Below, one piece after another: positions 22,541 to 35,600 of a stretch of DNA of 64,000 nucleotides (its first letter is position 1; every line of letters begins with the position of its first letter). The DNA lies in NCBI RefSeq assembly GCF_009914755.1, contig NC_060941.1. One strand, given 5' to 3'. The notes beneath the pieces were generated by a model. That model saw nothing but the letters and a program-made list of their open reading frames with translations. It searched no databases and was not told where the DNA came from. Source of the DNA: the human T2T-CHM13v2.0 reference genome, Homo sapiens. A program made the position numbers and the translations under genes.

Positions 22541-25270
22541 AGTTGCCACAAAAACCTTGTATGTTGAGCCATCAGCCTGTCTGGATTTCAGACACATTGG
22601 AGGAGAGGTCGGGTCTGTAGTTTGAGACTGGGGAGCCACCAGCTGTGGACGGAGTCAAGTGACTGAGAGATTAAAGACACCAGACACCTAGACACTGAGG
22701 ATGTGGCAAGGTGAGGTTGGGAGAGGGCATGGGGTGGAAGGCATTGGGAATGACAGAGGCAAATTGGCAGGAAGATTGACACACAGATAAAAAGAGATGG
22801 TTGGATGAGCAGAAAGACAGGCAGAGAGACAGACGTGGACTAACAGACAGGCAGAAAGTGGATACAGAGACAAATATCCACTAACTGAGCAACAGGTAGA
22901 CAGAAAGATGCTGTAAAGATAGAAAATTGTGTAAGTAGATGGATGGAGCTAAGGGTAGCTCTCAGGTGGACACAGACAGAAATGCAGACAGATGTCTTGG
23001 CTTACGAGTGCATGAACAGCCTGCCCTGATTTTCTGGGGCATTCTTCTAGATCTTGGATCTATGGTGTTGGCATTGACTTACGCCCTCTTTGGAGTCAGA
23101 GACGACTCCTCTCGCTCAGTGCCCTGCTCCACACTTCCCTGCTGCTGGGCCGGCCACTGCTGCACAAGTGGCTGCAGAAATCCCTCCTGGCAGGGACTAA
23201 GGCAGGCAGGCTGGGCTGCTGTGGACCCCGGGCCATTTTCTGAGTTGGGAAAAGGGTGCTGTCCAGGTGGTGTGGGCCGTGTAAAGGCAGTAAAGGGTTT
23301 CAAAAGGCCTGTCAGTGCATATCATCTGGAGTAGGGTGTGTGCTGGGGAACGGGGAGGAGGAGGACAGAGAAAATAGGAAACTTTGAGCTTGCCTGAGGA
23401 AGAACATCCACATGGATTATGAAGGATGGCTCATATTGACTGTATTTTCATTCAAATGTGCAAAACTATTTACTGAATTTTTTTACTGACCGGAAATAAC
23501 TCCTGACTTACAGAATATTTTCATTTCCAAGTTACACTTTACCCTGAGTTACATAGCAGGCGCATCCGTAGTGATTCTGCACCCCACGCCCTCGCCAGCC
23601 CCTGGAAGACACTGGCTGGCCCTTGGCTGAAATGACCCAAATCAAAAGCCCCTGCCTTTCTGCTAATGGGCGTTGGGGAGATTGACCAGCAAAGAGCTAT
23701 GGACAAGAAGCAGGACTGTCCATTTAAAAAGGACAAAAATCAGAGCCCAGTCCCAGGCCTGGGCAGCTCCTGTCAGCATCCCATCCCCCTTGCACTGAAC
23801 CAGCTGTGGCCCGCACTTTTTCCCATGGTCATGCCTGGGAAATGAAGGTGCAGGGACATGCAGGCGAGCTGGGGCGTGGAGTCACATCTGTTTCCAGAAC
23901 ATTCATGCTAAGGGAGGAACAGGGTCCGCATTGGAGAACATGGGGCGGGTGACTGGAAAAAGGGAAGCTAGAGCCACTTTTATTGTTTCCCGGGGTAACA
24001 GAAAACTTGGAGCCACAAGTGAGTCCCGGGAGAGTTTGGGTTAACTGGCCCCGAAGCCATCCTGTGTCGTGTGTGTATGTGTGTGTGTGTATGTGTGTTC
24101 CACTATGTGTTTTTCCCTGTGTGGCCTCAGTGTGTGTGTGTTTGCCTGAACTGCTTTCAGCGGTGAAAATCCTGGTGCTGACATGGACAGCATCCATGAA
24201 AGCATTTCGAGTCCTAAGTCAGCTGACCTATGTTGGGATGTGGCACATGTTGCATCGTCTGCCTTTGAAAAGGGATTTTCTGCGAGGGCTTGCAATGAAG
24301 GCATTCTGCTCAGAAAATGGCGGCAGGAAGTCATGCCCCCAAAAGGAGCCATTAGTGAATCCCACTATTAATTGTAAGTCTTAGATTCTGGGCTCAATAC
24401 TGTCATTTTCATGATGTTCAAGTGATATAAAGGGCCAAACAATGTGAATCTCAAAACTAATGTGGGAATAGAATACTTCCTGCTCTTTGACTGTTTGACT
24501 AAGCACATACATCAACCTTTCCATATTTTTATTTATTTTGTTGTTGCTTGTTTTGGGTTTAAGGGGAAACTTTCATGATAATTGTACCCTGAAGCCATTT
24601 TCCTGGAATGTGTCTAGGCAAGGGATTCCAACTGGAACCCGTGGAGGCCAGGAAAACACTAGTCATCAGGATGTATTGCTTCATCTGGGGAACACCGTAA
24701 GGGACTCAACTCCAGGCACTGGTGTCTGGCTCTTGTGCGTTTGCTAAATTGACATGACTCCAGGATCTGTAGCAGGCCCACACATCCTTGATGAATACAG
24801 TGAAGTCTTGTTTTTACCAGCACTCAGTTGGCCAAATATCTTTTCCAGCAATGAGATATCAGAGGACACAGTGAAGTTATTCAAATTAGGGTGGAAAAAT
24901 CACCAAAATTCACTTAAAATCATGTTTATCGAAAGTCCCAGTGGGATCAGGTTAGGTAGTAAATAACAATACAGAATGAAAATTTTAACGAGATTCCAAT
25001 TTTAAGCTTGTCTTTTTTCCTTTATGTTTCATTATTTACTCATTGTACATTCACAGAAATACATTTGCTAAGCAAAGAGAATGACATTTGGAAGATAAGT
25101 GATTAAATAGGGTCTAAACTAGTTGCAACAACTGACACCACCACCAGTAACATGGGCTGTTCATTGAACTCTGGCAACAATTAAACATCTATTCATCAGT
25201 ATCTAAGATACAAAAATAAAACTTTCATCTCTAAAATAGTAAGGTATATGTTCAAACAATGCATCCTTAA

Positions 25271-25395
25271 TTTTTTTTAGAGACAGGGTCTCGCTGTGTT
25301 GCCCAGGCAGGTCTTGAACTCCTGACCTCAAGCAATTCTCCCACCTAGGCCTCCCAAAGTGCTGGGATTATAGGCATGAGCCACCACGCCTGGCC
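25271..25395 (-). mobile_element. Free left Alu monomer (FLAM_C-like)
   Basis: Single Alu arm with a poly-T head, flanked by TSD atccttaattttt (25263 and 25396). Confidence 0.85.
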
Positions 25396-25719
25396 ATCCT
25401 TAATTTTTAAGACTCCAAATTAAGTTGGAATAGACTGATATATCTAAATCAGATGAAGCATGTTTCTCTTTAAAGGAGGGAACTTACAAAACAGAAGTAT
25501 TTTTGTTACATGAGCTAAGAGGCAATAAAGCCTTATTTGACAGTGTGCTAGGTACCCACGATGGCAGCATGAAGACAAAAACAGGAGGAATCAAAGCAAT
25601 TGTACTGTGCAGATAACATGGTTCTTTAGGGTCAAAGGAAGGCTTCCTTTGTGCTCTATTAATGAAGCATAGTATTCATGATGCGTGAATGTGGAATGAA
25701 TTCCCAATGTCCTTTGTCA

Positions 25720-25877
25720 CAGAACCACACTCATTTCATGAAGTGTTTATGAACTGTTGATGGCTGCTTTTACAAAACCATGGCAGAATTGAGTAGTTGT
25801 GACAGAGACCATATGGCCTACGAAGCCTAAAATATTTAATATCTCACCATTTATAGAAAAAGTTTGGAGATCTCTGA
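25720..25877. mobile_element. MER58-like hAT-Charlie DNA transposon
   Basis: ggcagaattgagtagttgtgacagagaccatatggcc..aagcctaaaatattta..atagaaaaagtttg. Confidence 0.7.
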
Positions 25878-26471
25878 TGTAAGCTCCAAGAAGCAGCCAA
25901 CTTTGTCTGTTTTGTGCACAGACATTCTAGCTCATAAGGAAGGCACTTTTCGAATTTGTCTGTAATGGATGAATGGACAGACAGATGGGTGGATGGACGC
26001 ACGGATGGATGGACTGTTCCCACACAGTGTTGGAGTTGACCAATGGTCAGACCATACATTTATGGCAGCAGAATCTACAACCTCATGGGAGCTTATCCCA
26101 CAGGTTTCAGCCACTTACTGTGAAGCAGGCTTAGAAAAGACCAAGAGTGGGGCTCTCCCAGGAAGAAGTGATAGATGGGGAGCAGGTGGTACTGATGGAA
26201 GGGGCTGAGTGGGGTCTGTGGAGGCCGCCATGGGTGAGGAGGACGTGGAGGCTACAGGCGCTGATGGACAGGGGAAAGTTGGCATTAGATGCCAGCCTGC
26301 ATGACCAGAGAACGCAGAACAGCTCTCGTGATGACGCTGTACCCAAACTCCACTTTCTAAATTGCATTTTCTGTCCCTTTCATCCGAATCATCCCCCACC
26401 TATCAAAGGACTTTTCCACCCCTGGCTCCTCCTGTGCTCGCCCACCAAATGCAAGGGAGCTGTTTTCCTCA

Positions 26472-26720
26472 TGCTATGGGCTGTGTCCCCGCAATTCATA
26501 TGTTGAAGCCCTAACCCTGGTGCCTCAGAATGTGACTGCATTTGAAGATGGGATCTTTAAAGAGGTAATTAAAGTGGAGTGAGGTGATGAGGGTGGCCCT
26601 AATTCAATCGGACTGATGTCCTTATAAGAAGAGATTAGAATGAAGGTGTGCACAGAGGGTCAACCATGTGAGGACTGACACAGGGAGAAGACGGCCGTCT
26701 ACAAGCCAAGGAAAAGCCTG
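26472..26720 (+). mobile_element. MaLR LTR (MLT1A/B-like), partial
   Basis: tgctatgggctg..aattcatatgttgaagccctaacc..gtccttataagaagaga. Confidence 0.75.
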
Positions 26721-27210
26721 AGGTGACACCTTTTCCCAGGATCCCCGTGGCAGACTGATTGCATTTGATCACTTCCAGGATGAAGAGGGCAGCAAGATGT
26801 TCTCCCTGGAAGAGGCACTTACTCTGAATATGGGCTTATCTTCTCTGCCCGCAATCTTTCCATGGAAGTATGATCTGTTAACCACAGACTTTTCACCATC
26901 ATGGTGTCCCACTCAGAATTGCTCTGACTCAGGAAGCTACTTTATATCAAAGGAATGTGGCAATGGGTCAGTGCTTGTGGAATTCACTGATGCTGCCTTG
27001 TTCCCTGCCTTCCAAAAGCAGCTGATCTGGGAGAATAGTGGAATGGAGATTTTTCTCTCTGAGGCAAAGGAAAAAAGAAAGAACTTTACTTGATTATGAC
27101 TTTCTCTCAATAGAAACACCATATTGCCAAATGCTGCAGATACTAATATGAATGGATGACAAGGCAGCAGTCCTTGCCAGCACACTCAAGCAGGGTCAGA
27201 GAAGACACAT

Positions 27211-27674
27211 TGCAGTGGATGGAATCACGGCCCCTGAATTATCCAGGCCCTCACCCCTGGAACCTAGGACAGTTCCCTGACACAGAGAAAGGATCTTTGC
27301 AGATGTGATTTAAATTAAGGTCTTGAGAAGTGGGGGATTATGATAGATGACCCAGGTGGTCCTAAATGCAATCACATGTGTCTTTATCAGAGGGAGGCAG
27401 AGGGACATTTTACTACAGACAGAAGAGGAGGTGGCCATGTGACCATGGAGGCAGAGGGTGGAGGTGGCCAGCAGCCACTAGAAACTGAAGGAGGCGAGGA
27501 TTGGGGTCTCCTGGAGCCTGTGGAGGGAGCGCGGCCCTGCTGACACCTTGATTCCAGCCCAGTGAGGCAGGTTTAGGACTCCTGGCCTCTGAACTGTGAC
27601 AGAATAAATATTTGTTGTCTTCAGCCACCAAGTTTGTGCTAATTTGTTACAGCAACCACGGGAAATGAATATAT
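27211..27674 (+). mobile_element. MaLR LTR (MLT1C/D-like)
   Basis: ctttgcagatgtgatt..aaggtcttgag...gccctgctgacaccttgatt...taatttgttacagcaacc..ggaaatgaata. Confidence 0.8.
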
Positions 27675-28429
27675 CCATGCCAAAATTAATACATGCCTTC
27701 CATTTTATATTCTTTTCCAACCTTAAAATAAAACCAACAAGTGCTTCCAGATTTTCTTTTATAATTCTCTTTGTGCATTCAGTTCAGTAAATGTTCAAAA
27801 GGGTAATACGTTTATAAAATGTGATGCCAAATTGCATAAAATTGACCAGACTAAAGGGGAAAATTTACCATTTTATGAAATAAAATATAATTTATAGATC
27901 ACCAGCATTAATTTATATCATGTCCTGCTTTGGGCTTCCAAATTCTGTTGGCAATTTTACCCTGGAAAAATATCATGAACCAAATAGGAAAACTGGTATT
28001 CTAAATACATTTCCTTCATGTGACACACTTCTTGTGTGTGGATGTAATGAGAATTCAAGAAAAGAAAAAAAATGACGTGTTTTTATTCCTCCCTTTATTG
28101 CCAAAATTTAGGCAGTAAAAACAGGCACCAAAGGAATGAGTTAAGATAGATTTAGAAGAGGACAAGTGGAAGCCAGGCAGGGCAGAATTCTAAGATAAGG
28201 GTCAAGATCCTCACCCTCCTCCTCAGCGGTGGCCCTGGGATGTGATGCGATGTCACTCCCATGGTTATGGCACATTACATGGCAAAGACGATTTCCGCAG
28301 ATGCGGAGATACAGGCTCTTCTGATGGTCTTCAAGGGGAAAAAGCCATGTTGTGGAGACAGCCACCTGGTGGGGAATGGATAGGCTTTAATCCTTCTTTA
28401 AATGTTTGGTAGCATTCAACAGGGGAGAA

Positions 28430-28854
28430 TGCTGTAGTTTGCATGTTCGACCTCTTAAAAATCTCACGTTGAGATTTATCCCCAGTGTTGGCGATGGGGC
28501 CTAATGGGAGGCATCTGGGTTATGGGGGTGGATTCCTCATGAATAGATTAGTGCTTTCCCTCAGGGTGAGTGAGCTCTTGTTCTACTAGTTCCTGGGAGA
28601 GCTGGTTGTTAAAAAGAGCCTGGCACCTCCTCCCTCTCTCTCTTGCCTCCTGTCTCGCCCTGTGACCTCTGTGCACACTGGCTTCCCTTCCCCTTCTGCC
28701 ACGAGTGGAAGCTCCTTGAGGCCTCACCAGAAACAGATGTTGGTGCCATGCTTCCTATACAGGCTGCAGAACTGTGAGCCAAACAAATGTCTTTTCTTTA
28801 TAAATTACCTAGCCGCAGGGATTCCTTTATAGCAACAAGTAACAGACTAAGGTA
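28430..28854 (+). mobile_element. MaLR LTR (MSTB-like)
   Basis: ccccagtgttgg..ggggcctaatgggagg...gagagctggttgttaaaaagagcctggcacc...cctttatagcaaca..cagactaag. Confidence 0.85.
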
Positions 28855-29400
28855 TTTGCTGTTTTGTATAAATGGAATCACACAACATGTGGCCTTTTGT
28901 GACTGGCTTGTTTCACTTAGCATCATTTTTTCAGCATTCATGCATGTGGTTGTGTGTATCAGGACTTCATTCTTTTTATGGCTGAATAACAATCCATTGT
29001 ATGTATACACCACATTTGATGCACTCCGCACTCCTTCATCTGTTGCTGGACACTTGGGTTGTTTACCCCTTTTGGCTGTTATGAATAATACTGCTATTAA
29101 CACTGGCATGCAAGTATCTGTTTGAGTCCCTATTTTCAATGCTTTCGGGATTATACCTAGGCGTGGAAATGCAGGGCCATATGGTAATTCTATGTTTAAC
29201 TTTTTGAGGAAACTCCATGCCGTTTGCCACAGCAGCTGCACCATTTTCCATTCCCACTAGCAATATACAAGAGTTCCAATTTCTCCACATCCTTGCCAAC
29301 ACTTGTTATTTTCCATTAAAAACATTACAGGCATCCTAGTAGGTATGAAGTGCTATCTCATTATGGTTTTGAGTTTCATTTCCCCAGTGACAAATGATAT
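28855..29400 (-). mobile_element. L1MB-like 3' fragment
   Basis: The - strand ORF resembles the L1 ORF2 C-terminus (FLKKLNIELPY.PA.P.LGI.P); typical L1M 3' sequence. Confidence 0.85.
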
Positions 29401-29861
29401 GAGAATCTGGTGGCCCAGTGGGCTTGGAGATTCACTGGGCTGGATGGTGGGAAGGGTTCACCTGCCTCCTTCGTGCCCTCCCAGAGCTCAGGATGCTTTG
29501 TGATGTGGGCCTAAACTCTAGTCAGGAGAGCATATTCTCTGCTCAGGTGCCTGAGGTGGCTGTGAGCTTCAGATGATGAAGAATTTTGTTTGGTTTCTTC
29601 TGCATTTTAATGAGCCCTGGAACTTTGGTTCCATTTTTTCATTTGTATGGAGTTGGGATCATCTTTCTGCCATCTGACTGCATTCGGTGGTGTCCACATT
29701 TGCCAGTTTGGAAAAAACATGTACCCAAATCAGGTAATGAAACCCAAGGGCTGCCCACTGAAACAGTAGGCTTTCATCTTCCCTTCCCAACTCCCATTTT
29801 TCTAAATCTATTATTGGGATGGAAAGACCTAGGGATGGGGACTCTTGGGAGATTTAAACAT

Positions 29862-29915
29862 CAGTAGTCTAGAATAGGTTGAGCAGGGCAGTAGTCTAGA
29901 ATAGGTTGAGCAGGG
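29862..29915. repeat. Perfect 27-bp tandem duplication
   Basis: cagtagtctagaataggttgagcaggg x2 (29862-29888, 29889-29915). Confidence 0.95.
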
Positions 29916-32284
29916 ACCCCCTGCTAGGCATGGGGCAGGCTTCCAGGGCTAAGCCCCACACTGCAGTGCAGGTTGTGGACCAGCTTCCCTGCCCCCTGCC
30001 ACCTGCCCAATGCAGGAGTCTCTGGGCCATGCCATTCCCTTTTGATGGGCTGGGCTGGATAGTGCTGCTGGCCTCAGCAGGCTGGTGGGACCCACAGGAG
30101 CTGTCTCAGGGGCTGGACCCTGCAGAATGCAGCCTGCATGTGCCTGAACAGCTGAGATTCCATGCCCCACAATTTAGAAATCCATGTAGAAAAGAACTCT
30201 TTATTTGAGATTGGTGGAGAAGGATCAGAAGACCATATTTTTAAAATCAATGTTTATATATGTATGTATGTATTTATTTTTTATTTAGTTTTGCACCTAC
30301 ACTATACACAGGATCAATCAATTTTAAAAATGAATAACACGAAAATGAGACAGATCTCAATGAAACCATGTAAGATTATTGATCACATGATTCTTAATCA
30401 CGCTCTCTCAGGATCTCAAACTCACCAACATGGACCTGCCTCCTGGATTCCGTGGCGAACAGGCTGTGAGAGTGTCCCTTCTGGTTCTGCTCACAGGCTA
30501 CAGAGGGCAGCAAACAGGACGAGAATCTGTCATCGACTCAAGAGCAGCCAGAGACCCTTAGCAGTGGAGGGAGAAATAGGTGTACAGGACTCAAGACCCC
30601 TCGCCCAGGAAGATGAGCAGGTCCTGCACCCCAGTTCCTGCCATGGGGTCCAATAAGAGGAACTTAGTGTCAGTGATTTCTTCTTCTGAAGAGAGGGAAG
30701 GGTAAGCCTAGCCATGGCATGAAGCCTTGGGCAGAGCCCAGGCCCACTGAGCAGCAGAGCCATCTCTTGGGTAAAGGGCATATGGACACCCAGAGACAAG
30801 TGAGCCATTGCCTGGAGCCCCCAGAGGACGGCAGGCTCGTGCCTGGAGCCAACACAAGGAAAAGAAGTCCACCCAAGGGGGTGCTCAAGGCCCAGGCAGA
30901 GCCACCCTGTGATTGCAGGGCACCCACCTCCCCGAGCACAGCAGAGGGCAGAGGGCTGCAGCTCTGTGCGCCTGAGTGTCAGAGAGCTCCACACAATAAG
31001 AAGGTCACAGGCAGCGTCCGAGAAACCAAGCAACCTTGCAGTCACCCACTCCCAGGCTTCTAGGGAATGTTTTCTCAGCCAGATCCTGACAGCCCGGACC
31101 AGAGCAGCAGGGCCATGGGCCATGCTCACACCTGGCAGTTTCCTTGAGTCACCCAGAAAGTCCTCCTCCATCCTCAATTTCAGCAAAATGATGGCCTTAC
31201 TTCTCACTACCAGCCACGCTGAATCTTCCTGAATGGATACATTTATTTACCAAGGAAGGACAGTGTTTTTCCTCTCTGTGCTGAGTTTGGGGGAAGTTTA
31301 GAATATCCCAGGAACTGGAGCTGAAGGAAAAGGTTGGCTTCAGCTCTTTCAGAGAGCCGGCTTGGACTTCTGGAAACTGACCAGCACCTGGCAGGGGGTT
31401 TGAAGCCACGTGGAACACCCATGGTCATCCCAGGTTTCTTCACTTGTTTCTGTGAATACTGCCTTTAGAAAACCAATACAAAAAACAACGAACAAACAAA
31501 CAAACAAACAAAAAACAAAAAACAAACCCAAGCACTCAGGGACTTAGAAAGTGAGAAGACTCATCAAAGAACAAGCGTCAGGACCTGGTCTTGTCAGTCC
31601 TTCCGTGCCCTCGTTCTACTGAACTGCATAGCCACCAGGGTGCCGGGGCTGCACGGGAACCAGACAGTCACAGTTCTATTGTTCAGTCTCCAGGGCAAAA
31701 AGAGACCAGAACTTTACATATCCTGAACATGGAATTAAGATTTGGGAGTCTTGAGGCTCTAAGTTCAGAAGGGTGAGGAACAATGGCCATGACTGAATAT
31801 TTGGGAGGAGAACGGCTTTCACGTGTTCCCAGAGATCTCATCCACCCCAGTTGGAAGCTGGGGACACCAGCACTGCTCCCCGACTCTTAGCTTAGCCTCA
31901 GCTGACCCCGAGCTTCCCCTGCCCCTCCCTGTATGGGAACCCCACACTCCTGGCCCAGCCTGTGTCTTGACAGTGGGGAGGGAGGCTGAGGGGCAGGCAG
32001 GAAGGGCAGAGCCCTGGCATACCTGGCAGTGGAAGGAGAAGCTGTTACCAGGCAGGGCAAAGAGCACAGGAAGGCCCACAGGTCTTCAAGTAGCACTCGC
32101 TTGCTCTCCAGCCACTGGAAGGAGCTGATGCCATGCTAGAGACATGGAAATTAACTCACAGCCCACCACCTTCCCCCCACCACAAGACAGCCCCGCCTGA
32201 AAGTAGGCATACTTACCTTAAAAAAAAAAGCTCATATGGACAGGCAAAGGAACTGGCAAAGCTAATGCAATTTTGAAAAAACAA

Positions 32285-32583
32285 GGCCAGGGGAGGTGGC
32301 TCATGCCTATAATCCCAGCACTTTGGAAGGGTGAGGTGGACAGATCACTTGAGGCCAGCTATTGAAGACTGGCCTGGCCAACGTGGTGAAGCCCTGTCTC
32401 TACTAAAAACACAAAAATTAGCTGGGTCTGGTGGCACACACCTGTAATCCCAGCTACCCGGGAGGCTGCATCGCTTGACCCCAGGAGGCGGAGATTGCAG
32501 TGAGCCAAGATTATGTGCTGCAGCCTGGGCAACAGAGTGTGACTCTGACTCAAAAAAAGAAAAAAAAAGAAAAAAAAGAAAGA
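32285..32583 (+). mobile_element. Alu (old S/J-type, with small internal deletions) inserted in an old L1 fragment (~32225-33160)
   Basis: Dimeric Alu with A tail; the flanks resemble L1M ORF2 (atttttgacaaa..aagcaattca). Confidence 0.9.
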
Positions 32584-34959
32584 AAACAAGAACAAAGTTG
32601 CCCCTATTTCAACACTTATTACACAGTGAATAAAGACTGTGCCCATAGGCAGAGGGACAGACACTTCGATCAACAGGACAGAATGGAGACCCAAATTAAA
32701 GTGCCCAAATGATTTTTGACAAATGTGCTCAAGCAATTCATGGGGGGAAAGGTGGCCGCTCTGTCACATGGAAGTAGGGAAATCGCACATCACAGGCACA
32801 GCAAGCAGGCAGGCAGAGAGAGAGCTCCTGATCTAGACTCTGAAGCCTCACCATGTACAAACATTCACTCGAGGTGGATCACACACTTCAATGTGAAACG
32901 CAAAACTGGAAAACTTTAGGGAAAAGGATTCTAAGAGAAAAGTTAGGTACCTAGGGCTAGGTAAAGATCTTTGAAGGCTTGACCGCAAAAGCACGATCTG
33001 TAAAGAGAAGTGGATAAATTGGAAGTCATCAAAATAACTCATGCTCTATGAAAGACCCTCTTAAGAGGATGAAATGACTAAACACAGACTGGGAGTCTGA
33101 TCCAGGACTCACATCCAGAACATATAAAGAACCCTCAAAACTCTTCAATAACTTGATTGGGCCATGATCAGCCTCCTGGCCTCCCCTCCCTGCCTAGAAG
33201 TTCCCAGGCTCCTGGGTGCCCTCTTGGAATTAGAGAATCTTTCGGGGTCCCCGGAGTGACTTTCCTTCCTGCATGTGTGACAGGAAGGGGAACCCGGGCA
33301 GGAATTTACAGACACTGTACTCATCCTAATGGAATGGTCATCTATTGCATGAGACACATCACAAGCCACTGCCCAACAGCAGAGAGACTATGGCAAGGAC
33401 AAGAGAGACATGCTGCATGGGGCAGGTTGCAGGCCAGAGTGCAGCCATGCTCCGGGGCCTCCCGGGGAGATGGGGTGCATGTCCAGGTGGGAGAAGTGGG
33501 CTTTCAGGACAAGAGGAGGGATGGCTTTCCAGGGCTGGGGCCAATTCCTTCCTCATCTTCCATCTCTCAATTCCACATTCTTCCTCCTCACTCACCACAG
33601 TCATGGGGGCTGAATTTCTGAATTCCTAAGACTCCCCTCTCCCGGGGAACTGGTGGCTGTCCTGCCCACCTCTCAGATGGCTCCTCCCATCCCTGGCCAC
33701 ATCCACCCCTGGATGCTTCTTGCCCTCACACAGTCCCACAGCCAGCCCCAAAACTGAGCGCCCACAGTGTTTAGAATCCTGCAGCCGCTGGCCCCAGGCT
33801 TTGACTCCACGGGCTGAGGCCTTTAAGGACATCGGCAGAACCGAGCCAAAGGAGCGCCGCCCACCCAGCCAGAGAACACTGATTCAGGGAGATGGAAATA
33901 AGATTTAGTTACTGAGACCTTGTTTACACAAAAATATTCTAAGAGAACTCATAGATGGGAGGGAGTAAACCAGTCTCTGTGGCCCATGGAGAGAGGCTTG
34001 GGACAAGTGGGGTCGTGGAGAGGAGCCAGGAGCAGAGGATGAAAAGCAGGAAGTTTCAATGTATGTGGTTTAAATGGCCTGGCTCAGCAGGACCCCAGGG
34101 TTTCCAAGTTCACTCCTGGTGAGGCCCTGAATAACTCATCTCTGCAGGCAGCAGGGAGCCACTGCAGGTGTGGGAGGGAGGGAAGGTCGTAATGAATAGC
34201 GGGTTTGAAAGATTCCTAGGGCATTTTCTTCCTAATCTCATGACGGGGTTAGGTAAGCAGCCTCGGCCTCAACCCCACTCCTGCTGCCGCCTCTGCCCTC
34301 AGATTCTGCCTCTGGGTCTCCAGGCAGAGGTGCTGCTGCCCCGGAGAGGGTGCTTGACCTTCCAAGAGTTCCCACTGCTCAGAGGCACACAATTTAGCAT
34401 ATAATTAGAGCATCGAACAGGGAATACTGTGCTAGTTCCTAGGAAACATTTCCTCTGGGCACAGTCTGCCGCATATGCTGCAATTGCACCCAATGGCCCA
34501 CCCACAGGCTTTGATATCACAGATCCATTTTAGACCCTTTCTCACAAAGGAATGGAAAGAAAAGAAAGTTGAATGCAAATTAAGTACACTCTGTCACAGC
34601 CTCGCTATCAGGGTTTCCTGGATCTACAGCACATAAACCTTTCAAACATCACACTGACTACAAAGCAGTCATCGGAATGATCCTTTTGCCAAATATTCAA
34701 AGAAAAGAAGAGCAAAGCATGTACAAAGGTTCCAGAGGGTGCAAAGAAAGCCTTTCTATTGCTAGGCATAAAGCTATCACAAAGCAACAGGGCTGTGAGG
34801 GTCCCCAGAACAAATTAGTATATACAAAAAGACTAAGTTGCTCCCTTCCACTGGAGCCAGGAACACCTTGAAAAAAATGAACTGGGGTTGAAGGCAGCTG
34901 ACTCAATTACATATATCTATATCTACACACACACACACATGCACACACACACATATTTT

Positions 34960-35600
34960 GCCAGATCTAAAATATACTACAAAGTGTCTCTACTAAAGCC
35001 ATAAAATACAGCACAGCAATAGACCAGCTGACCCATGAAGACTACAAAGCCTGGAAATATCCCAGCTATGTGTGGGAATTTGGTATATGATAAAGGCATC
35101 ATGTCAAATCACTGAGGAAAAGATGGACTTTTAAATAAATGGTGCTGGGGAAACTAGATGGCCATCCTGAAAACAACGAGATTGGGTACACATCTCACAT
35201 GTCACACAAGATCAAACTCCAATCGACTGGAGATTTAAATGTGGAAACTGAAACCATGTAAGAACCAGAAGTGAACATGAGTAATTCTATGAAAACCTGG
35301 GTGTAGAGAAGGCTTTTATCATTATGCTTCAAAGAATCTGATGCACTCACAGAATGAACTAGCAAATTAATACATAAATATTAAATGAAACCTTTCTACA
35401 TGGCCAAAAACACCATAAATGACAGCAAAATACAAGTAAAATATTGGGAGACAATGTTTGCAGCAGATAGAAGGTTAATCTAGCTAATATTTAAAAAGTC
35501 TTGAAATTGACAGAAAAAAAGAAAAATGTGAATACAAATGGTCCTTAAAGCATCTTTGAATATTTGCAGCTCAGATGCAGAGACCCTAGGGAATCCTGCT
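34960..35600 (+). mobile_element. L1ME-like fragment
   Basis: gggaatttggtatatgataaaggc..aaataaatggtgctgggg.aactagatggccat. Confidence 0.7.
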
